DNA of 24,000 bases from Pseudochrobactrum asaccharolyticum (GTDB taxonomy: Bacteria > Pseudomonadota > Alphaproteobacteria > Rhizobiales > Rhizobiaceae). The notes under the pieces were generated by a model, which had not been told where the DNA came from, did not search any database, and worked only from the letters and a program-made list of their open reading frames with translations. Position numbers and translations under genes: made by a program. Below, one piece after another: positions 7,911 to 15,662 of the stretch (positions are counted from its first letter, which is position 1; each line of letters starts with the position of its first letter). The stretch spans positions 659,436 through 683,435 of the forward strand of contig NZ_QNRH01000001.1 in the NCBI RefSeq assembly GCF_003314995.1, given 5' to 3'.

Positions 7911-8996
7911 TCAACCGGCCATAAAGCCGGTTAAATCTTTCTGCCAATATCCGGCAACGAGAGTCTGATCGCGCGATTTATCGAGCTGTTTGCGCCAATA
8001 GTCGCGCATGATTTTTGCATGGTCGGCTTCAGCGGCAAACCAGCCGAAACTGTCATTACCTTCCGGCCAGGGCAGGGCGCACAATCTGTCCGTCAGTTCT
8101 GTTGCGGCTGCCTGCTGATCAGAATTTATGATCCAGTCAATCGTCACACCTTCCGGATGTGCCAGTGGCTGAATATCGGCTTGGCTATCGACTGCAATCA
8201 GCGCATGGCCGGTAACATCCGGTGCAAATTCTTCCAGCATCCGCCCCACAGCGGGCAGGCCGGTCATATCAGCGCCGATCAGATATTGTTTTGCCTGTCG
8301 CAATGGACGACCCACAGGTCCCATCAGGCCGATTTTATCACCGGATTTGGCCTGCTTTGCCCATTGGCAGGCCAGCCCTTCGGTTTCATGAATATAGAAA
8401 TCAATCTCCATCCAGCCTTCGATAATATTGAGATTGCGGATGGTATAGGCGCGGGCGGCAGGACGGTTTTCTTCATCCGGCCAGAATGGCAGGCCATTCG
8501 GCCCCATAATCGGCCAGACGGGTTGTGGCACATCCTCTGTCGGCAAGAGCAGGCGGACATGCATGGCACCAAACAGGGAGAAGCGTGTGAGATCTTCACC
8601 GTTGAAACGGATGCGCAGCATATGCGGGGTGTAATAATGCGCTGAGACTACTGTCATCTGCCGGAATTGCGGCAGCGGCTGCTCACCAGCCTGATCACCT
8701 TCCCAGAGAATTTCCGGTGCTTCTTCTTTGGTGTAAAGTTTAATGGCGACGGCGGCGAGATCTTTCAGGCGGCTTAAACCGACATTTTCGGAAGCGCGGA
8801 GTGTTACCAGATAGCCGTCTGTGTTCGATTTCAGTTCGATATGTCCGAAACTATAATGAAACGCATGTTGCTCTTCGTGCAGATCATAATGTGCTTCATA
8901 GGAATTCAAACGGTCAATGATCGGTGGCAGATAAGCGGAACCATTATTGAGCCGGATATGGGCATAGCTGTGCAAAGTGGTTGAATGTTGTGACAC
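7911..8996 (-). CDS. Siderophore-interacting protein (SIP/ViuB-type FAD-dependent ferric reductase) with an extra ~110-aa N-terminal domain
   Basis: 361-aa ORF with a GTG start. Residues ~115-361 match the SIP architecture: a FAD-binding beta-barrel (MTVVSAHYYTPHMLRIRFNG..., RAYTIR motif) and an NAD(P)-binding part (YLIGADMTGLPAVGRMLE, FGWFAAEADHAKIMRDYW). Residues 1-110 are an additional domain; see findings. Confidence 0.85.
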   Translation of the reverse strand: MSQHSTTLHSYAHIRLNNGSAYLPPIIDRLNSYEAHYDLHEEQHAFHYSFGHIELKSNTDGYLVTLRASENVGLSRLKDLAAVAIKLYTKEEAPEILWEGDQAGEQPLPQFRQMTVVSAHYYTPHMLRIRFNGEDLTRFSLFGAMHVRLLLPTEDVPQPVWPIMGPNGLPFWPDEENRPAARAYTIRNLNIIEGWMEIDFYIHETEGLACQWAKQAKSGDKIGLMGPVGRPLRQAKQYLIGADMTGLPAVGRMLEEFAPDVTGHALIAVDSQADIQPLAHPEGVTIDWIINSDQQAAATELTDRLCALPWPEGNDSFGWFAAEADHAKIMRDYWRKQLDKSRDQTLVAGYWQKDLTGFMAG

Positions 8997-9024
8997 GGTG
9001 TTCTCGATTTCAGAAACGGAGCTA

Positions 9025-9059
9025 AAACAGAAAAAAGACAGGCAGCACTCTGCTGCCTG
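9025..9059 (-). terminator. Rho-independent terminator of the haem-receptor gene
   Basis: 9-bp GC-rich stem CAGGCAGCA (9039-9047) / TGCTGCCTG (9051-9059), loop CTC. On the minus strand it is followed by TCTTTTTTCTGTTTT. Confidence 0.85.
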
Positions 9060-9082
9060 CCAGACTGGAGAGAGTTGGCGTA

Positions 9083-11200
9083 TTAGCCGCCGAAACGTCC
9101 GGTAATTGCGACCTTGAAAGTACGTCCCTTACCTTGCTCAATATCTGAGGTGGTTGCCCAGCCGGTCTGTGCATCTGTATAGGCTTTGTTGAAAATGTTA
9201 TCGACGCCGAAGTCGAGTTTAACATTGTCTGTGACCTGCCAGTTGGCAAAGAGATTAACCAGATCGGTGCGTGGATAAACGGTCACACCATTGCTGATCG
9301 CACGGGTAACCTTGCCGACGCTTTGATATTCAACGCCATAAACCAGTCGGTCATCCAGTGCTTTCAAACCGAGCGCAGCGCTGAAATTATGCAGCGGTGT
9401 GTTGCTCAGGGATTCGCCTTTGTAGATGCCGTCTTTCATTTCCGCATCGGTGTAGGAGGCGGCGAGGTTCACATAGCCCCACCATGTGTCATAGGTGCCT
9501 TCCAGCTCCACACCACGCAGACGGGCTGTGCCGACATTCTCGGATGTTGTGTACTTGTCGATTTTAACGGTGTTGATGTAGTCCTTCACATCCGTATGGA
9601 AGATATTCAGCTTGCTGCGCAGCTGATCACCGGCCTCAATCAGATTTTCCTGTCGCAGATTGATGCCAATTTCATAGGTGGTAGCGACTTCCGGTTTCAG
9701 GAACAGGTTCGGCTCATAACCGGAGCCATGTGAACCGTTTTGACGGAACACATCCTGCATATGCGGCACGCGGTAGCCTTGTGCATAAAGACCGTAGAAC
9801 TGGATGCCTTCGATTGGTGTGATGCCGACACTCAGGCGCGGTGACACACGATTGCCGTCAAGGCTGACATCCTGAGAAGGATTGGTTGGTGTGGCTTTGC
9901 TGGTGCCGTCGAGCTTATAGCCGTCATAGCGCACGGCACTGATGACCTCGAGCCATTTCTGATATTCGCCCTGCCATTGCACAAAGCCGCCATAAGCCTG
10001 CTGCTCACCATTGCCGAAATTATCGGTATCGGAGCGACCGCGCAGCTTATAATAATCCAAGCCGTAAGTGACTGTATGTTTCAGCGCTTCTGTTTCAAAA
10101 CGCGAGCTGTTATGTGCACGGAAACCGGATGTTGAAACATCGTAATAACGGGTTGTGCCAAGGTTTTTCAGCGGCCAGACCTGATACTGATCATTCTCTG
10201 TGGCGGCATGATAGGCATTGACCGAGAGATCCCAGAACGGATTATCATCCGGCCGGTAGGTATAGCTGCCGGTATAGGTGCTGACGATAGTATCGGCATC
10301 ATAACGCGACAGGGTTGCGGAAGAGGAACCGCTGCTGCCGGTGATAATGTCTTCATATTTCTGGCGGGAGATACCGAATTTCAGCTCATGGCCTTCTGCC
10401 GGACGCATGGTGACTTTACCCATGCCGCTGATTGCTTTTTCACCCGTCCAGCGCACATAATCGCCGTCACCGTTTTTATATTCGTCACTGTCGCGGTAGT
10501 TCAGATTACCGATAATGTCGATATTCTCATTGAAGCGGTAAGCACCGGTGGTGCTGGTGAGAAAGCCTTTGCCATTGCTCTCATAGCGCAGCTTTTCGCT
10601 CAAAGCCCATGTTTCACCGTCATTCAGGAAATCGCGGGCATCTTTGGTTTCAAAGGCAACCACGCCGCCAATCGCACCGGAACCATAGATGTTGGAAACG
10701 GGGCCACGGATGACAGTCACCTGCTTGAGCAGTTCCGGTTCGATATAGAACGAGCCGGATCCGTGCCCGACACGCCAGTAGTCCTGTCTCGCGCCGTCAA
10801 GTGTCACTGCCACACGGCCATATTGCTGAAGACCGCGAATATTAATCGAGGTTGCCGGATCATCACCGTTCAGTGAGGCATGAACACCCGGCGTGAAGCG
10901 GAAAATATCCGCAGACGTCACCGGCTGAATACGGTCGATCTGCTGGCGGGAGATCAGACTGGTCGAGGCAATCGCGTCAATCACAGCTTGATCATTGCTG
11001 AGCGGGGAAATGGTAATGGTATCAAGTTCCAGCACCTGTTGTTTGGTTTTCTCTGCGCTGGTTTGTGTTGCTGCCTGCTGCTCTGTCTTGACAGGTTTGG
11101 TTTGTGCCTGAACCGGAGAGGCGGCCAAGGCCAGCAGTCCTAAGGTGCTGAGCACTGTCGTACTCATCAAACGGAAAGCAGATTTTTGCGAGATATTCAT
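9083..11200 (-). CDS. TonB-dependent haem/haemoglobin outer-membrane receptor
   Basis: 705-aa ORF. It has a signal peptide (...LLALAASPVQA|Q), a TonB-box-like LDTITIS, a plug domain (RGLQQYGRVAVTLDGARQ, IEPELLKQVTVIRGPVSNIYGSGAIGGVVAF) and a long beta-barrel. The haem-receptor FRAP/NPNL region is recognisable as YRVPHMQDVFRQNGSHGSGYEPNLFLKPE, with the His between the two boxes. Confidence 0.88.
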   Translation of the reverse strand: MNISQKSAFRLMSTTVLSTLGLLALAASPVQAQTKPVKTEQQAATQTSAEKTKQQVLELDTITISPLSNDQAVIDAIASTSLISRQQIDRIQPVTSADIFRFTPGVHASLNGDDPATSINIRGLQQYGRVAVTLDGARQDYWRVGHGSGSFYIEPELLKQVTVIRGPVSNIYGSGAIGGVVAFETKDARDFLNDGETWALSEKLRYESNGKGFLTSTTGAYRFNENIDIIGNLNYRDSDEYKNGDGDYVRWTGEKAISGMGKVTMRPAEGHELKFGISRQKYEDIITGSSGSSSATLSRYDADTIVSTYTGSYTYRPDDNPFWDLSVNAYHAATENDQYQVWPLKNLGTTRYYDVSTSGFRAHNSSRFETEALKHTVTYGLDYYKLRGRSDTDNFGNGEQQAYGGFVQWQGEYQKWLEVISAVRYDGYKLDGTSKATPTNPSQDVSLDGNRVSPRLSVGITPIEGIQFYGLYAQGYRVPHMQDVFRQNGSHGSGYEPNLFLKPEVATTYEIGINLRQENLIEAGDQLRSKLNIFHTDVKDYINTVKIDKYTTSENVGTARLRGVELEGTYDTWWGYVNLAASYTDAEMKDGIYKGESLSNTPLHNFSAALGLKALDDRLVYGVEYQSVGKVTRAISNGVTVYPRTDLVNLFANWQVTDNVKLDFGVDNIFNKAYTDAQTGWATTSDIEQGKGRTFKVAITGRFGG

Positions 11201-11262
11201 ATGACCCCCGATTATGCGGCCGGTACGCAGCGGGAGAAAATTTCATGCTGCAGGCTTGCATT

Positions 11263-11324
11263 AAGTTGACTCGTTAGCTCATGTTTAATAGGGCTATATA
11301 AATCATGATAAATAGAGTCAACTT
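11263..11324. promoter_or_regulatory. Divergent promoter region with a 10-bp inverted repeat that embeds two TGA-N9-TCA (RirA/IRO-like) motifs
   Basis: AAGTTGACTC (11263-11272) is the exact reverse complement of GAGTCAACTT (11315-11324). TGA-N9-TCA occurs twice, at 11267-11281 (TGACTCGTTAGCTCA) and 11306-11320 (TGATAAATAGAGTCA). The region lies between the divergent haem receptor (start 11200) and the hmuT-like gene (start 11330 or later). Confidence 0.45.
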
Positions 11325-11329
11325 TAATT

Positions 11330-12241
11330 ATGCGGAACAGACATTTGTGCACAAAGGTGGAAAATCATCCCTGTAAACGGCCGTTTGGCGTAAAAATCTT
11401 GCTTAAAAATGCGCTGCTTATTTTGCTGCTTGGCTTTTGCTATAATGCTCAGGCACAGGAGCAGGGAACAGCACAGCGTATTATAACGCTGGGGCCGGAT
11501 GTGACCGAGATTGTTTATGCGCTTGGCAGTAGCGACAAAATTGTAGCTCTTGACCGCAGCAGCAAATATCCGGCGGATACAGCGAATAAAACCAATGTCG
11601 GCTACCGGCGCAGTTTATCAGCCGAAGGCGTGCTGGCACTGCATCCTGATCTTATCATTGCATCAGAGGATATCGGCCCGCCGGAAGTGGCGGATGTGCT
11701 TAACCAGTCCGGTGTGCCCGTGCTGTATATTCCGGCGATCAACAGTCGTGAGGGGCTGATTACCAAGGTGAGCATGATTGCTGAACGTCTGAACCTGCAA
11801 GCGCAGGGAGAGGTGCTGACAAAGCAGATCATTGCGGATTTTGATGCAGCCATGGTGCATGTGCGTAAAGTCTCGGAAGGGCGCGGCAAGAAGGTGGTAT
11901 TTTTCCATGGTCTGACCAAACTGAGCGGTGCAGGCAGTGACACGGCGGCAGATGCTTTTATCCGTCATGCGGGCGGGGTTAATCCGCTGTCCGTCTATAA
12001 AGGTTATAAAGCCGTCTCCGAGGAATGGTTGCTGGAGGCTGAACCGGATGTGGTGCTGATGCTCTCTGACGGTGCCGGTGGCCCCAAGCCGGAGGATGTG
12101 TTTTCTGTTAAAGCGCTGCAAACCACGCCTGCGGCCAAAAGCAAATCACTGATTGTACTGGACGGGCCTTATATGCTTGGCTTCGGCCCTCGCACGGCGG
12201 AAGCTGTACGCATTCTGGCTGATGCGCTTTACGGGCAGTAA
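11330..12241 (+). CDS. hmuT: Haem/haemin ABC transporter periplasmic substrate-binding protein (HmuT-like)
   Basis: 303-aa ORF. The blocks RIITLGPDVTEIVYALGSSDKIVALD, VGYRRSLSAEGVLALHPDLIIASEDIGPPEV and VPVLYIP are collinear with HmuT/ChuT-type class III binding proteins as I recall them. The signal peptide is ...ALLILLLGFCYNAQA|QEQ. The start is uncertain: ATG 11330 gives a long N-region, and TTG 11399 would give a compact signal peptide (MLKNALLILLLGFCYNAQA). Confidence 0.82.
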   Translation: MRNRHLCTKVENHPCKRPFGVKILLKNALLILLLGFCYNAQAQEQGTAQRIITLGPDVTEIVYALGSSDKIVALDRSSKYPADTANKTNVGYRRSLSAEGVLALHPDLIIASEDIGPPEVADVLNQSGVPVLYIPAINSREGLITKVSMIAERLNLQAQGEVLTKQIIADFDAAMVHVRKVSEGRGKKVVFFHGLTKLSGAGSDTAADAFIRHAGGVNPLSVYKGYKAVSEEWLLEAEPDVVLMLSDGAGGPKPEDVFSVKALQTTPAAKSKSLIVLDGPYMLGFGPRTAEAVRILADALYGQ

Positions 12242-12247
12242 TTACAT

Positions 12248-12823
12248 TCAATCATCAATTTTCTTCGGCAGCAGTTTTTCAATATCGCGGAAAATCTGCT
12301 GCCATTCATCTTCATTCAGATCAAAAAGCTGAAAACTGCGCAGCAGAAACGCACCCTCATTGGCTATAAAAGCTAAGCGGGCATTGCGCCCTTGTTCTGT
12401 TGATACATCCAGTTCGCTCAGTTGCTGACGATACCATTGACGGGTATCTGCCAGATGCTCGGAATTGGGGATCAGTGCAGCCAGCATTGCGGCAAAGCGT
12501 GAGTCACCGAGCGGATCACTATCGCGCGTTACCCGTATATGCGCGGCAATATGGGACAGCATGTCGGTTTTACCGTTTTTCTCGGTTGTAACCTTCTTGT
12601 CAAATTTATTGCCCCAACGGGTGAGCATGGCATCAACCAACCCGTCTTTGGTGCCGAAACAATATTGCACTCCGCCTTTGGTGATACCTGCTGCTTTAGC
12701 CAGCGCATCAATCGTCAAAGCAGTGGCACCATGCTCGACGACAATTTTCTCCGCCAGATCCAGCAAGTGATTGCGGTCGATTGTGCGGGGGCGGCCGATT
12801 TTTGTGTGTTTTTTACTTTCCAT
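12248..12823 (-). CDS. TetR/AcrR-family transcriptional regulator
   Basis: 191-aa ORF with an N-terminal TetR HTH (GRPRTIDRNHLLDLAEKIVVEHGATALTIDALAKAAGITKGGVQYCFGTKDGL). It is divergent from an MFS efflux-type gene. Confidence 0.9.
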   Translation of the reverse strand: MESKKHTKIGRPRTIDRNHLLDLAEKIVVEHGATALTIDALAKAAGITKGGVQYCFGTKDGLVDAMLTRWGNKFDKKVTTEKNGKTDMLSHIAAHIRVTRDSDPLGDSRFAAMLAALIPNSEHLADTRQWYRQQLSELDVSTEQGRNARLAFIANEGAFLLRSFQLFDLNEDEWQQIFRDIEKLLPKKIDD

Positions 12824-12831
12824 ACGTATGG
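12820..12831. promoter_or_regulatory. Perfect 12-bp palindrome overlapping the TetR start codon (candidate operator)
   Basis: CCATACGTATGG at 12820-12831 is self-complementary. The TetR ATG is the complement of 12821-12823. Beside it, GATTTAAA (12831-12838) recurs at 12903-12910. Confidence 0.35.
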
Positions 12832-12911
12832 ATTTAAATTATCGACCTTCGGGTTTCAAGTGTTTATTGCAACGATCAGCTCCCGGATACGTTGCAGACT
12901 TTGATTTAAAC

Positions 12912-12928
12912 GTGCTGAAAAACAGCAC
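12912..12928. promoter_or_regulatory. Inverted repeat GTGCTG-N5-CAGCAC just upstream of the MFS RBS (candidate TetR operator)
   Basis: GTGCTG (12912-12917) / CAGCAC (12923-12928) with spacer AAAAA. It lies 20 nt upstream of the MFS ATG at 12948. Confidence 0.35.
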
Positions 12929-12947
12929 AACAGAAGTGGATTTTACA

Positions 12948-14447
12948 ATGGCATTACAAAACCGCTGGCTGGTTCTGGCCATCGTTTCGAGTGCATTATT
13001 TTTAATCGTTATTGATATGACAGTGCTTTACACAGCTCTGCCGCGCCTTACCCATGATCTTGCGGCAAGTGCTTCTGAAAAGCTCTGGATCATCAATGCC
13101 TATCCGCTGGTCGTTGCGGGCTTGCTGCCGGGTGTCGGCAGTCTTGGTGACCGCCTTGGCCATAAACGCATGTTCACATCAGGTCTCGTCGTTTTCGGAC
13201 TTGCATCGCTGACTGCCGCCTATGCACCGACAGCTGAAGTGCTGATTGCAGCGCGTGTATTGCTTGCCGTTGGTGCGGCGATGATGATGCCTGCAACCCT
13301 CTCGATCATTCGACTGACGTTTGAGGATGAGCATGAACGCTCTTTCGCAATTGGTATCTGGGCGGCAGTTGCCTCCGGCGGTGCTGCATTCGGTCCTGTG
13401 GTTGGCGGTGTGCTGCTCGAATACTTTTGGTGGGGCTCTGTTTTCCTCATCAATGTACCGGTTGTCGTGATCGCGCTGCTCTTTGCCCTGTTTGTACTGG
13501 AAAGCCGCCCCGGTAATAAAAACCGCAAATGGGACCTGATCGGTTCCATTCAGGTGATGATCGGTCTGGTTGGCGTGACTTTTGCGCTGAAAGAACTGGC
13601 AAAGCGTGACGGTTCTCTGGTGTTGTTTGCCGTCGCACTGGTTGTTGGTCTGACCGCGCTGGTTGTGTTCTATCGCAGGCAGCGGGCAACCAACGGCATG
13701 CTGATTGATTTCTCGCTGTTTAGTAACCGCAAATTCTCGTCCGGCGTCATGGCAGCTTCGGTCTCTGCAGCGGCTTTGATTGGTGTGGAGCTGGTTTTCA
13801 GCCAGCGCTTGCAGCTGGTCGCCGGTTATTCGCCGCTCGAGGCCGGTTTGCTCATTCTGCCAATTCCGCTGGCTGCCTTTGTAGCAGGGCCTCTGGTCGG
13901 CTGGGGCTTGCCTAAAATCGGTGCTGCGCGGGTACTGTGGGGCGGGATGATGATTACAGGTCTCGGCTGTACGCTGTATTTGCTGAGCTTCCAGCTACAG
14001 CCACATGTCTGGCTGATCGGGCTGATGATTATGGGCTTTGGTGTCGGTGCGTCAATGACCGGTGCTTCCACGGCTATTATGGGCAATGCACCGCAGGAAA
14101 AGGCCGGTATGGCTGCCTCTGTAGAGGAGGTGTCCTTTGAACTCGGCGGTGCAACCGGCGTTACGATTTTCGGTAGTCTGATGACTGCGATCTACACGGC
14201 TTTCATGGTGATACCAGCAGGTTCAGGCTTTACTGATACCATTCGTGACAGTCTGGATGAGGCATTGTTATTTGCGGAAACGTTGCCTGCGGATCAGGCA
14301 CAGCACTTGCGTGAAATCGGATTCATTGCCTTTGATCAGGCCTTTATGTGGGTGATTGGCACAGCAGTCCTGCTGATCTTTTCAACGGCTTTGCTGATTT
14401 TCCGGATGAACCGGAAATCCTGTGAGGCAGCTTTGAAAAAAGCATAA
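12948..14447 (+). CDS. MFS transporter, DHA2 (EmrB/QacA-type, 14-TMS) drug:H+ antiporter family
   Basis: The track ORF starts at 12771, but that N-terminus overlaps the TetR gene and is not hydrophobic. ATG 12948 (MALQNRWLVLAIVSSALFLIVIDMTVLYTALP...) follows a GAAGTGGA RBS and matches the usual DHA2 N-terminus. The predicted 499-aa protein carries motif A-like GSLGDRLGHKRM. Confidence 0.88.
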   Translation: MALQNRWLVLAIVSSALFLIVIDMTVLYTALPRLTHDLAASASEKLWIINAYPLVVAGLLPGVGSLGDRLGHKRMFTSGLVVFGLASLTAAYAPTAEVLIAARVLLAVGAAMMMPATLSIIRLTFEDEHERSFAIGIWAAVASGGAAFGPVVGGVLLEYFWWGSVFLINVPVVVIALLFALFVLESRPGNKNRKWDLIGSIQVMIGLVGVTFALKELAKRDGSLVLFAVALVVGLTALVVFYRRQRATNGMLIDFSLFSNRKFSSGVMAASVSAAALIGVELVFSQRLQLVAGYSPLEAGLLILPIPLAAFVAGPLVGWGLPKIGAARVLWGGMMITGLGCTLYLLSFQLQPHVWLIGLMIMGFGVGASMTGASTAIMGNAPQEKAGMAASVEEVSFELGGATGVTIFGSLMTAIYTAFMVIPAGSGFTDTIRDSLDEALLFAETLPADQAQHLREIGFIAFDQAFMWVIGTAVLLIFSTALLIFRMNRKSCEAALKKA

Positions 14448-14486
14448 AAAAAACCGGCTCATTCAGGCAGAATGAGCCGGTTTTTC
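14445..14486. terminator. Bidirectional rho-independent terminator between convergent MFS and BASS genes
   Basis: Stem ACCGGCTCAT (14453-14462) / ATGAGCCGGT (14472-14481). It is flanked by an A8 run upstream and a T5 run downstream, so a U-tract follows the hairpin on either strand. Confidence 0.85.
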
Positions 14487-14517
14487 GTTGGGTAATGCGT
14501 AAAATTACAGCAGATGA

Positions 14518-15450
14518 TTATTTATCATCTTTCATACGGGCGAAATAATTCGCCAGCAGCGCACCGGAAATATTGTGCCATACGCTGAAGATCGCGCTTG
14601 GTACCGCGGCCAGCGGTGAGAAATGCGCATTGGCAAGGGCTGCACCCAGACCGCTGTTCTGCATGCCGACTTCAATCGCAATCGCTTTACGTTTGGCCAG
14701 CGACATGCCGGTGAGTTTGGCAGCGGTAAAGCCAAGCAGATAGCCGATGCCATTGTGTAGCACCACAACAACAAAGATCAGCAGGCCGGATGTTGCAATC
14801 GCGCCTTTGCTGCCAGCCACAACGGCGGCGACGATCAGTACAATACCGGTTACGCTCACCAATGGCAGAGCAGGTACGGCAGCTTTAACGACACCCGGAA
14901 TAAGCTTCTGCGCGAGAACGCCGAGCGCCAGCGGTACGAGAATGACTTTAACAATGCTCATAAACATTGCCCATGCATCCACCGGCAGGAACTGACTGGC
15001 AAAGAACCAGACGAGGAATGGCGTTACCAGTGGTGCCGCCAGTGTGGTTACACTGGTGCAGGCAACGGACAATGCCACATCACCTTTGCCGAGATAGGTC
15101 ATCACATTGCTCGATGTACCGCCCGGGCAGCAACCGACGAGAATGACACCGGCTGCAACTTCAGGAGACATCGGAATAATCTTGGTCAGCAGCACGGCAA
15201 GCAGCGGCATGATCAGGAACTGGGATGCAACACCGATACCCACATCAACCGGACGACGCACCACTTCACGGAAATCATCGACGGAGAGGGTAAGACCCAT
15301 GCCGAACATAATGATACCGAGCAGGGTAACAATATAAGGGCCGAAGAATTTAAAGGTCTCAGGGAATACAAAACCGAGAACGGCGAACAGCAGAACCCAG
15401 ACCGCAAAGGTCTTGCCTACGAAGGCCGAAAAGCTTGCAAGTGCTTTCAT
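14518..15450 (-). CDS. Bile acid:sodium symporter (BASS/SBF) family transporter
   Basis: 310-aa polytopic ORF with BASS-type blocks: GIIMFGMGLTLSVDDF, LILVGCCPGGTSSNVMTYLGKGDVALSV and AIEVGMQNSGLGAALA. An RBS AAGGA lies ~10 nt upstream of the ATG. Confidence 0.88.
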   Translation of the reverse strand: MKALASFSAFVGKTFAVWVLLFAVLGFVFPETFKFFGPYIVTLLGIIMFGMGLTLSVDDFREVVRRPVDVGIGVASQFLIMPLLAVLLTKIIPMSPEVAAGVILVGCCPGGTSSNVMTYLGKGDVALSVACTSVTTLAAPLVTPFLVWFFASQFLPVDAWAMFMSIVKVILVPLALGVLAQKLIPGVVKAAVPALPLVSVTGIVLIVAAVVAGSKGAIATSGLLIFVVVVLHNGIGYLLGFTAAKLTGMSLAKRKAIAIEVGMQNSGLGAALANAHFSPLAAVPSAIFSVWHNISGALLANYFARMKDDK

Positions 15451-15599
15451 TACAGATAGTCCTTATTCAATAACAGACCCCGATCTAATTTTTATGAGGC
15501 GGCATAGCAAGTTATTAATGAAATAAAAAAGGTCTTATACGGGTAATAAAATGAGTCTGAGCTGATGGCCTATAGGTCTAAAGTTTCATGGGGCACATG

Positions 15600-15636
15600 A
15601 AAAACACCCGCCGTGAGACAGCTCTCACGACGGGTG
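15600..15636 (-). terminator. Rho-independent terminator of the MHS transporter gene
   Basis: On the minus-strand RNA there is a 14-bp stem (CACCCGUCGUGAGA / UCUCACGGCGGGUG, one G-U wobble), loop GCUG, followed by UUUUUCAUG. Confidence 0.85.
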
Positions 15637-15662
15637 CAGTGAATGTGTGACTGACAGAACTG

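Noticed and set aside
8019-8645. 208-aa plus-strand ORF antisense to the SIP gene, with similar antisense ORFs at 9323-9733 and 10208-10876 opposite the TonB-dependent receptor
   Set aside because: These are antisense shadow ORFs without recognisable motifs. The opposite-strand genes carry clear family signatures.
9083-9100. The TonB-dependent receptor ends in ...TGRFGG rather than a C-terminal aromatic residue
   Set aside because: The usual terminal beta-strand (TFKVAITGRF) is intact with a 2-residue Gly-Gly tail. Small extensions occur in bona fide receptors, so this is not enough to call a pseudogene or anomaly.
11297-11315. Fur-box-like AT-rich stretch TATAAATCATGATAAATAG in the haem promoter region
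   Set aside because: It is only a loose resemblance to the 19-bp Fur consensus (GATAATGATAATCATTATC). The same bases are better explained by the TGA-N9-TCA motif and the promoter AT-richness.
12771-12947. N-terminal extension of the MFS ORF (the track start at 12771 overlaps the TetR gene by 53 nt)
   Set aside because: The extension is non-hydrophobic and overlaps the divergent TetR coding region and promoter. ATG 12948 has an RBS and gives a typical DHA2 N-terminus.
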